Origin: Vicinamibacteria bacterium
Lineage (GTDB): Bacteria > Acidobacteriota > Vicinamibacteria > Marinacidobacterales > Marinacidobacteraceae
DNA length: 64,000 nucleotides
Direction: 5' to 3'
Assembly (NCBI GenBank): GCA_965199715.1
Contig: OZ241322.1
Location: forward strand, 1,097,226-1,161,225
A model generated the notes under the pieces. The model saw only the letters and a program-made list of their open reading frames with translations, searched no databases and was not told the origin of the DNA. Positions 8,602 to 15,691 of the stretch are shown here, one piece after another. Position 1 is the first letter of the stretch. Every line of letters begins with the position of its first letter. The position numbers and the translations under genes were made by a program.

Positions 8602-9029
8602 CGCAGGCGCCGACGGCGATCCATGCCGCTGAGCAGCTTGGACGCGGGGTTTTCTCCGCCAAGGACGCGAAGCGGGCTGCCCGTTCCAAGATTCCACATC
8701 GGGTGTTCCTTACGAAGCCCGGGGTTGTACGCATTTCAGTAGACAGGCTGAATTTGGCTTCCGCGTCGGAAATCGTCACACTGGCCATCGACCGGGCCGA
8801 GAATCGACCGGGACGATTCCATGGCTGGGCCGTCTTGAGCGTGGACAAGGCGATCCGCAAGGGGCGACGCGTCGAGTCCACACCGGCAGAGGGAAATCCG
8901 CATCACGCCGACATCGTGCTTCCCGATCCCGCACGCGAGGATCGGGACGCTCAGATCGCACACGCGAGGGATATGGCTGACGCATCGAATTGGAAGCCGC
9001 GACCTGAAGCGACTTCAAGAGACTCGTGA
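8598..9029 (+). CDS. hypothetical protein C (143 aa, basic; no recognisable domain); TTG start
   Basis: only in-frame start is TTG overlapping B stop; no ATG in first 100 codons. Confidence 0.4.
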   Translation: MTQAPTAIHAAEQLGRGVFSAKDAKRAARSKIPHRVFLTKPGVVRISVDRLNLASASEIVTLAIDRAENRPGRFHGWAVLSVDKAIRKGRRVESTPAEGNPHHADIVLPDPAREDRDAQIAHARDMADASNWKPRPEATSRDS

Positions 9030-9130
9030 TTCACGCTCGCGAGTGATAGCGGCCACGGCTGTCCTCAAGCGGGCACCGGAAAAGCAGGACCGGGTTCTGC
9101 GCCCGTCGCAAGCGACGACCGACCACGGCG

Positions 9131-9370
9131 TCACGGCCCCTCGTCGCGCTTCTCTCGAAAGAACTCCCCGGCGGGCTGTCCGAGCGAGGGCATCGTGGCC
9201 CGGAAGCGCGCCAGATCTTCAACCGCCACGGGTTTCTTGGGGCGAGCTACGGCGGTGAGTCTCGCCACAGTCTTGCCCCGCCGCGTGATCAGAATGTCCT
9301 CACCGGCCTCAACGCGGTTCACGATCTCGCTGAGACGAGCCCTCGCGGCGGAAACGCTGATGGTCGTCAC
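9131..9370 (-). CDS. Phd/YefM-type (VapB-like) antitoxin paralog 3, no intact downstream toxin
   Basis: MTTISVSAARARLSEIVNRVEAGEDILITRRGK matches Phd/YefM N-terminal fold; 4-nt overlap with PIN C-terminal fragment. Confidence 0.7.
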   Translation of the reverse strand: MTTISVSAARARLSEIVNRVEAGEDILITRRGKTVARLTAVARPKKPVAVEDLARFRATMPSLGQPAGEFFREKRDEGP

Positions 9371-9826
9371 GAGAATGCGTGGCCCTGCCAGCTCATGGCG
9401 ATCGGGCCCGCCGTCGTCGGGAGTTCGAGCATTTCGCCGGCGATGAGCATCCCCTTGTCCAAGGTGTAGATGGCGGCGGCATCGTGATTTCGGGCGATCG
9501 CAAGGTGAAGCGCGTCACCCGCTCGCAGCCCGGTCTCGAAGTACCCGAGCCAACTCGCTGCTAACCGGAAATCGTCCTCCGTCGGGGTCAGTCGAACGAA
9601 GGAGTCCCGAACCATGCCTCGTAGCGGGCGCTTACGGCATGGGCCGCCGGGCCGTCAAGCTGGCCCATGCAACCTCGCGCGCAAACGTAGAGGCAACTTC
9701 AACCCCGGTCCAGTCGCTGACCGCAAGTCCCCCCACGCACGGAGCCGCGAAGAACTCAGCTATCGCGAAGCTGTGGGCTTCGTCCAAGAACAGCGGAACC
9801 AGGAAACTCGTGTCGAAGTAGCGCAT
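9367..9826 (-). pseudogene. vapC: vapC (PIN-domain toxin) disrupted by frameshift into two ORFs (9632..9826 N-part, 9367..9615 C-part)
   Basis: N-part MRYFDTSFLVPLFLDE and C-part GDALHLAIA...IYTLDKG contain all four PIN acidic positions but lie in different frames. Confidence 0.6.
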
Positions 9827-9844
9827 TCGACAGCCCGCGGGACC

Positions 9845-10084
9845 TCACCTTCCCTCGTCGCGCATCTCGCGGATGAGCTCCGCCGACGGTCGGCGCAGGC
9901 GTGGCATCGAAGTCCGAAAGCGCTCCAGTTCCTTGAGCGGCAGCGGTTTCTTGGGACGGAGCACGGCGGTGAGCCGGATTGGCTGCTTGCCCCGGCGAGT
10001 GATGACGACATCCTGCGCGTCCGCAAGCTTGTCCAAGACTTCGTCGAGGCGCACCTTCGCCCGATTGAGACTGATCGTGAACAT
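9845..10084 (-). CDS. Phd/YefM-type antitoxin paralog 2 (cognate of the disrupted vapC)
   Basis: MFTISLNRAKVRLDEVLDKLADAQDVVITRRGK; 18 nt upstream of vapC N-part. Confidence 0.7.
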   Translation of the reverse strand: MFTISLNRAKVRLDEVLDKLADAQDVVITRRGKQPIRLTAVLRPKKPLPLKELERFRTSMPRLRRPSAELIREMRDEGR

Positions 10085-10110
10085 CGGAACCTACCCCCAA
10101 GGGCGAGGAG

Positions 10111-10120
10111 TCTAGCGAGG
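10111..10120 (-). promoter_or_regulatory. second copy of operator-like motif upstream of antitoxin paralog 2
   Basis: TCTAGCGAGG 27-36 nt upstream of start at 10084. Confidence 0.3.
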
Positions 10121-10130
10121 ACGGGGGCGC

Positions 10131-10364
10131 TCAGCTCTCCTCGTCGGACACTTCCGGCTCGCGCTCCCCCGACGGCCGGCGTCGCATCGAGGCCCGGAGC
10201 TTGGCCAGTTCCTCGAGCGGCGGCGGCTCCTTGGGACCGAGCACCGCCTTCACGTGCACGGACTCCTTGCCGCGGCGGGTGATGACCACGTCCTCCCCCT
10301 CGGCGAGCTTGTCGAGAATCTCCTCAGGGCGCGACTTCGCCTTCGTGTACGTGATCGTGAACAT
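10131..10364 (-). CDS. Phd/YefM-type antitoxin paralog 1 (directly followed by paralog 2, no toxin between)
   Basis: MFTITYTKAKSRPEEILDKLAEGEDVVITRRGK; GGGAGG RBS; ~75% nt identity to paralog 2. Confidence 0.7.
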   Translation of the reverse strand: MFTITYTKAKSRPEEILDKLAEGEDVVITRRGKESVHVKAVLGPKEPPPLEELAKLRASMRRRPSGEREPEVSDEES

Positions 10365-10390
10365 CGAGAACCTCCCTACCGCAGAAGGAT

Positions 10391-10400
10391 GCTAGCGAGG
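10391..10400 (-). promoter_or_regulatory. conserved operator-like motif GCTAGCGAGG (minus strand CCTCGCTAGC) 27-36 nt upstream of antitoxin paralog 1
   Basis: same motif (TCTAGCGAGG) at identical spacing upstream of paralog 2; contains palindrome GCTAGC. Confidence 0.3.
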
Positions 10401-10415
10401 GCCGAATGCGCCGGT

Positions 10416-10478
10416 TCACCGCCCCTCGCCCCGGATCTCCCGAAAGAACTCCCCGGCCGACTGCCGGGGTGAGGGCGC
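10416..10478 (-). pseudogene. 3' remnant (~20 codons) of a fourth antitoxin paralog
   Basis: translates to ...PSPRQSAGEFFREIRGEGR*, near-identical to C-terminus of paralog 3 (PSLGQPAGEFFREKRDEGP); no N-terminal part. Confidence 0.45.
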
Positions 10479-10571
10479 TCCGGGTAGTTCCCGAGTTGAC
10501 ATTTTTCAGGGGGGATTTCGGAGCAAGGCAGGGGCGAACCACGACGCCGCCCGGCCGACAGGGAGGCCCCG

Positions 10572-10958
10572 ATGCGAAATCTGGTGATTGCGGTGGCCGG
10601 CGTGGTCGCGGTGGGCGCGCTGGCGCTCGGGCTGGCCCGTTGCGACGCTGGCCCCGCCAACCGGCAGGCGGGTGCGGCGGGCGGCGCCGGCGCGGCCCCT
10701 TCCCGGCCTCCCATCCGTGCGGTGACCCCGGAAGACTTCACCATGGAACGCGTGTCGGAGTGGCTGGCCCGGCTCCATGACGCGGGCATCATTTCGGCTG
10801 AATGCTTGCCGCGTTTCACGCGAATCACGCCGGTGTGCGCGACAACGGGCCGAGGCGGACGATTGGAACGGCGATGTGGTGGCTCGGCGTGGTTGGGTAC
10901 TCCGTCCTCTCCGGACTGCTCGGCATGGACGGCGTGCTCCCCTATGGGCTCGCCTTGA
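10572..10958 (+). CDS. small putative secreted/lipoprotein (signal peptide); C-terminal half of ORF doubtful
   Basis: ATG with GGGAGG RBS 7 nt upstream; hydrophobic N-terminus MRNLVIAVAGVVAVGALALGLARC. Confidence 0.3.
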   Translation: MRNLVIAVAGVVAVGALALGLARCDAGPANRQAGAAGGAGAAPSRPPIRAVTPEDFTMERVSEWLARLHDAGIISAECLPRFTRITPVCATTGRGGRLERRCGGSAWLGTPSSPDCSAWTACSPMGSP

Positions 10959-11068
10959 CGATCGTGGGAATCCTCGTCGTCATCGACTGGGGCGATCTGA
11001 TCCGAAACGTGCGGCGTCGGATTTCTCCGCAGACCGAGTTTCCTGCGGTATGGCGGCGCTCGGGGTGA
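10874..11068 (+). CDS. small putative membrane protein (2 TM)
   Basis: MWWLGVVGYSVLSGLLG...ALTIVGILVVIDWG hydrophobic segments; overlaps previous ORF, only one of the two is likely fully real. Confidence 0.3.
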   Translation: MWWLGVVGYSVLSGLLGMDGVLPYGLALTIVGILVVIDWGDLIRNVRRRISPQTEFPAVWRRSG

Positions 11069-11108
11069 CTCTCGTGGGCGTGCGGCGACCCGAACGCCGC
11101 CCGGGGCA

Positions 11109-11846
11109 CTACGGCGTGACCGTCAGCTCCACGATCCGGTCCTCCCCGAGGAAGCTGTCGTCGTTGTGGAAGTACCAGCGCCGGTTCGCCGGGAGGCGCA
11201 GGCCACCGTCCTCGGCCTCCTCGCTCAGGTGGATGTACTCGCCGTCGTTCGCCGCCTCGTCGTGGTAGAAGCGGTAGCCGATCATCCGGGCGGTCTCGGG
11301 GTGGAAGTAGAAGTACCAGATGTCCCCGCCCTCGTAGTGGACCCGGACCTTCTGCGCGTCCTGCCCGTCGTAGGCCTCCGCGACCGGAGCGTCCGCGATG
11401 ATGGCCCCGGGATCGCGCAGCTTCATGGGAAGCCCGTACAGGTACAGGTAGTAGTTCCGAAGTCGCATCACGGTCGCCTCGTCGATCCCGGCCTCCGCGA
11501 ACGCTTCCTCGGTGAGATCGGCGTTCCCATCGACCGAGCGGGCGACCACCTGCTCGCCCTCGACCTCGATGCGGACGGTTCCGTTCTCGGTCTCGCGGCT
11601 GGCCTCCATGGTCCGCCCGCCGCGCCCGAACCTGAGCGTCGTCACCCGGTCGGTTCCGCCGGGCCGCGACTCCTCAAGGCGGAGCGTGATCTCGGCGCTC
11701 CCCCAGACCCCCTCGGGATCGTGGTGCGCAATCGAACGCTCGATCAGGGCTTCCGCATCCGACATCGCCGGCGGGGGCGGCGCGGCCGGCTCCTCCGGCG
11801 GCGGGGCGCCGCAGGCGAGCGCGGCGAGCAGTGGCAAATAACGCAT
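11109..11846 (-). CDS. hypothetical lipoprotein (245 aa)
   Basis: internal ATG 11846 with GGAGG RBS; signal MRYLPLLAALACG; track ORF 11109..12290 has long N-terminal artefact. Confidence 0.6.
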   Translation of the reverse strand: MRYLPLLAALACGAPPPEEPAAPPPPAMSDAEALIERSIAHHDPEGVWGSAEITLRLEESRPGGTDRVTTLRFGRGGRTMEASRETENGTVRIEVEGEQVVARSVDGNADLTEEAFAEAGIDEATVMRLRNYYLYLYGLPMKLRDPGAIIADAPVAEAYDGQDAQKVRVHYEGGDIWYFYFHPETARMIGYRFYHDEAANDGEYIHLSEEAEDGGLRLPANRRWYFHNDDSFLGEDRIVELTVTP

Positions 11847-11857
11847 GGTGGGCCTCC

Positions 11858-13375
11858 TCAGCCGAACTCGATTCCCTGCGCCAGCGGCAGGTCCTTCGAC
11901 CAGTTGACGGTGTTGGTCTGGCGGCGCATGTACGCCTTCCAGGCGTCGGAGCCGGACTCGCGGCCGCCGCCGGTGTCCTTCTCGCCCCCGAACGCGCCGC
12001 CGATCTCGGCTCCCGACGTGCCGATGTTCACGTTCGCGATGCCGCAGTCGGAGCCCCGGGCCGAAAGGAAGGTCTCGGCCTCGCGCAGGCTGTCGGTGAA
12101 GATCGCCGACGAAAGGCCCTGCGGCACGTCGTTGTGGAGCCGGATCGCGTCTTCCAGCGAGTCGGTCTCCAGCACGTAGAGGATCGGGGCGAAGGTCTCC
12201 TCGCGGACGAGATCGGTCTGCGCCGCCATCCGGACGATCGTCGGCTCCACGTGGTGCGGCCCGACGTCGGGACGCCGCTTCCCGCCGCACACGACGGTTC
12301 CGCCGGACGCCACCGCCCGCTCCACCGCCGCTTCCATGCTCCGCACCGCTTCCTCGGAGACGAGCGGCCCCATGAGCGTGCCCTCCTCAAGCGGATCGCC
12401 GAGCGGCACCTGCGCGTAGGCGTCCTGGAGCCGCTCCACCAGCGGGTCCGCGATCCCGCGCTCGGCGAGGATGCGGCGGGTGGTCGTGCATCGCTGGCCC
12501 GTCGTTCCCACCGAGCCGAAGACGATCGCCCGCACGGCGAGGTCCAGATCGGCGTTCTTGCTGACCACGATCGCGTTGTTGCCGCCGAGCTCGAGCAGGC
12601 AGCGCCCGAGCCGCCCGGCGACCTCGGCGGCGACCTTGCGCCCCACCCGGGTGGACCCGGTGAACGAGATCAGCGGCAGCCGCCGGTCGGAAGCCAGCCG
12701 GGCTCCCAGATCGCCGCCGCCGACGGCGAGGTTGAACACGCCGCTGACCCCGTGGTCGGCCATGACCCGGTTCGCGATCCGCTGGACCGCGACCGAGACC
12801 AACGGCGTCAGCTCGGAAGGTTTCCAGATGACCGGATCCCCGCAGACCGCCGCGATCGCCGCGTTCCACGACCAGACCGCGGTCGGGAAGTTGAACGCGG
12901 TGATGACCCCGATCGGCCCGAGCGGGTGCCACTGCTCGAACATCCGGTGGCCCGGGCGCTCGGAGGCCATCGTGAGCCCGTACAACTGGCGGGAGAGTCC
13001 GACCGCGAAGTCGCAGACGTCGATCATCTCCTGGACCTCGCCGTGGCCCTCGGCGCGGATCTTCCCCATCTCCAGCGAGATCAGGTCGCCGAGCGGCTCC
13101 TTGTCCTCGCGCAGCGCCTCGCCCAGGTCGCGGACCATCTCGCCGCGGCGCGGCGCCGGGATCTCGCGGAAGCTGACGAACGCCTCCCGCGCCGCCTCGA
13201 CGACCGTCTCGAGCGCGGCCGCGTTCGCCGGCTCGACGCTCGCGATGGGCTCGCCGGTGGTCGGATTGCGCGAAACGAGCGGCTCCTCGCCGCTCGGGAT
13301 CCAGGATTCGGGACCATGGCAGGCGCCGGGGACGCCGTCCCCGAGACCGAGCCGATCCATGAGGGCGTCGGACAT
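11858..13375 (-). CDS. aldehyde dehydrogenase, ALDH7/antiquitin type (alpha-aminoadipic/piperideine-6-carboxylate semialdehyde dehydrogenase)
   Basis: ALDH glutamate/cysteine active-site regions (ELGGNNAIVV, GQRCTT) and characteristic C-terminus NWSKDLPLAQGIEF. Confidence 0.8.
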   Translation of the reverse strand: MSDALMDRLGLGDGVPGACHGPESWIPSGEEPLVSRNPTTGEPIASVEPANAAALETVVEAAREAFVSFREIPAPRRGEMVRDLGEALREDKEPLGDLISLEMGKIRAEGHGEVQEMIDVCDFAVGLSRQLYGLTMASERPGHRMFEQWHPLGPIGVITAFNFPTAVWSWNAAIAAVCGDPVIWKPSELTPLVSVAVQRIANRVMADHGVSGVFNLAVGGGDLGARLASDRRLPLISFTGSTRVGRKVAAEVAGRLGRCLLELGGNNAIVVSKNADLDLAVRAIVFGSVGTTGQRCTTTRRILAERGIADPLVERLQDAYAQVPLGDPLEEGTLMGPLVSEEAVRSMEAAVERAVASGGTVVCGGKRRPDVGPHHVEPTIVRMAAQTDLVREETFAPILYVLETDSLEDAIRLHNDVPQGLSSAIFTDSLREAETFLSARGSDCGIANVNIGTSGAEIGGAFGGEKDTGGGRESGSDAWKAYMRRQTNTVNWSKDLPLAQGIEFG

Positions 13376-13413
13376 GGCCGCGAATGTTAGGGGGGCGCGA
13401 TAATCCCGGTCCC

Positions 13414-15678
13414 ATGTCCGGGCGCCTCGGCCTCGTCGCCCTCCTCGCCGCCGTCGGATGCGGCGGGGGGAGCGACCCCATCCGGCCGCTGAACGTGGTC
13501 GTGGTCACGCTGGACACGCTGTCGGCCCGGCACCTGAGTCCCTACGGCGCCGAGCGGATCCGCACGCCGGCGTTCGAGCGGGTCGCCGCCGAGGGCGCGC
13601 TGTTCGAGCAGGCCACCGCGAGCGTGCCGCTCACCCTGCCGTCGCACACCACGATGTTCACCGGCACGCACCCGATGTTCCACGGGGTTCGCGACAACGG
13701 CGGCTACTCGGTTCCCGACTCCGCCGAGACCCTCGCCGAGACGCTCCGGGACGCCGGCTGGCGCACCGGCGGGTTCGTGGGCGCCTTCGTCGTGGACTCG
13801 CGCTGGGGGCTCGACCAGGGGTTCGAGCGCTACTTCGACGACTTCGACTTCGGCGAGTTCGACTCGATCAGCCTCGACGCGGTCCAGCGGCCCGGGGACG
13901 AGGTGCTGGACGCCGCGGTCGAGTGGATGGAGGGCGCGCGCGACCAGCGGTTCTTCGCCTGGATCCACCTCTACGACCCGCACTGGCCCTACGAGCCGCC
14001 CGATCCGTGGCCGTCCCGGGTCGGCGACTACCGGGAGGCGCTGTACGACAGCGAGGTGCTGTTCACCGACTCGCTGGTAGGGCGGGTCCTCGACTGGCTG
14101 GACGAACGCTCGCTCGCCGACGACACGCTCGTCGTGCTCATCGCCGACCACGGCGAGAGCCTCGGGCGCCACCGCGAGACCGGCCACGGGTTCTTCATCT
14201 ACGACGCGGCGATGCAGGTCCCCTTCCTCGTCCGCGCCCCGTACCGGCAGATCGAGGGCGGGCGGCGGATCGGCGCGCAGGTGCGCGGGGTCGATCTCAT
14301 GCCCACGGTGCTCGAACTCGTGGGCGTTCCGGTTCCGGACGCGGTCCAGGGCGAGAGCCTCGTCCCGCTGCTCGACGGATCGGCGGACGACCTCGGCCTG
14401 TGGGCCTACAGCGAGAGCCTCTATCCGCGCAACCACTACGGCTGGGCGCCGCTCCACGGCCTGCGCGACGGCCTGCTGCACTTCATCGCGGCCCCGCGCC
14501 CCGAACTCTACGAGGTCGGGACGGACCCGGAGCAGCAGCGGAACCTCGCCGGCGAGCGTCCCGGGCAGGTGGAGCAGCTCCGGCGGCGGCTCGACGGGAT
14601 GATGGCGGAGTTCTCGACCGGCGCCGCGCCCGAGGCCCGGACCGTCGACGAGGACACGCGCGCCCGGCTCGCCGCGCTCGGCTACCTCGGCGGGACGGCT
14701 CCGGTTCCCGTCCGCGACGAGTCGGACCTCGCCGACCCGAAGGACAAGATCCACCTCTACAACCTGCTCAAGCTCGCCGGAACCGACTCGACCGAGGGGC
14801 GGACCGACCTCGCGATGGAGTCGGTGGAGCGGGTCCTCGCCGAGGATCCGGGGATCCTCGAGGCCCACCTGATCCGGGGGAACCTCCACCGGAAGGCCGG
14901 AGCGTGGGACGCCGCCATCGCGGCGTACCGGGACGCGCTGGCGCTCGACGAGAACTACCGCTCGGCGGTGCTCGGGCTCGCCGACGCCTACCGCCTCGCC
15001 GGCCGTCCGCGCGACGCCGAGGCCGGGTACCGCCGCCTCCTCGAACTGGACCCGAGCGACAACGTCGGCTCGTTCCACCTCGCCGGCGTCCTCGCCGAGC
15101 GCGGCGCCTTCGAGGACGCGCTGGAGGTGCTCGAGGGGCTCGAGGAGCGCGGCGACATCCGGGCGCCGGCCCGCAACCTCAAGGGCGAGTGCCTGCTCAG
15201 CCTCGGCCGGCTCGAAGCGGCCGAGGCCGAGTTCCGGCTCGCGCTGGAGATGGACGAGGATCTCTCGGAGGCCTGGTACAACCTCGCGCTGCTCCACGAG
15301 GAGCGGGGCGAGGGCGACCGGGCGATCCGCGCCTACGAGGCCCGGCTCGCGCTCGCGCCCGGCGACTTCCGCTCGCGCTTCAACCTCGCCCGGCTCCACG
15401 GCGCGATGGGCGACCAGGCCCTCATGGAAGCCGGGTTCCGCGAGGCGATCGCGAGCAACCCGGAATTCGCGGTCGGCCACCTCTATCTCGCGAAGGCGCT
15501 CCTCGACCGGGGCGAGCTCCAGGAAGCCGAGTCCCTCGCGCGGCGCGGCCTCGCGCTCGGGCCGGAGCCGGACATGGCTCCCTTCGGCCACTTCGTCCTC
15601 GCCGACGTCTACAACCGCCTCGGCCGGCCCGCCGACGCCCAGCGGGAACTGCGGCGGGGGCAGGCCCTTCGCCGCTGA
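13414..15678 (+). CDS. sulfatase-like hydrolase/transferase fused to C-terminal TPR repeats; lipoprotein signal
   Basis: N-terminus MSGRLGLVALLAAVGCGG; alkaline-phosphatase-superfamily region TLDTLSARH...LTLPSHTTMFTG; multiple TPR-like repeats in C-terminal 300 aa. Confidence 0.7.
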   Translation: MSGRLGLVALLAAVGCGGGSDPIRPLNVVVVTLDTLSARHLSPYGAERIRTPAFERVAAEGALFEQATASVPLTLPSHTTMFTGTHPMFHGVRDNGGYSVPDSAETLAETLRDAGWRTGGFVGAFVVDSRWGLDQGFERYFDDFDFGEFDSISLDAVQRPGDEVLDAAVEWMEGARDQRFFAWIHLYDPHWPYEPPDPWPSRVGDYREALYDSEVLFTDSLVGRVLDWLDERSLADDTLVVLIADHGESLGRHRETGHGFFIYDAAMQVPFLVRAPYRQIEGGRRIGAQVRGVDLMPTVLELVGVPVPDAVQGESLVPLLDGSADDLGLWAYSESLYPRNHYGWAPLHGLRDGLLHFIAAPRPELYEVGTDPEQQRNLAGERPGQVEQLRRRLDGMMAEFSTGAAPEARTVDEDTRARLAALGYLGGTAPVPVRDESDLADPKDKIHLYNLLKLAGTDSTEGRTDLAMESVERVLAEDPGILEAHLIRGNLHRKAGAWDAAIAAYRDALALDENYRSAVLGLADAYRLAGRPRDAEAGYRRLLELDPSDNVGSFHLAGVLAERGAFEDALEVLEGLEERGDIRAPARNLKGECLLSLGRLEAAEAEFRLALEMDEDLSEAWYNLALLHEERGEGDRAIRAYEARLALAPGDFRSRFNLARLHGAMGDQALMEAGFREAIASNPEFAVGHLYLAKALLDRGELQEAESLARRGLALGPEPDMAPFGHFVLADVYNRLGRPADAQRELRRGQALRR

Positions 15679-15691
15679 CCGGAGACACCCC

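Noticed and set aside
10376-10828. 150-aa minus ORF and other short ORFs in 10324..10560
   Set aside because: No coding-like composition; region contains only the antitoxin remnant and promoter of the 10572 gene
12387-13517. 376-aa minus ORF overlapping the aldehyde dehydrogenase
   Set aside because: Alternate frame of the ALDH gene with Arg/Gly/Pro-rich translation
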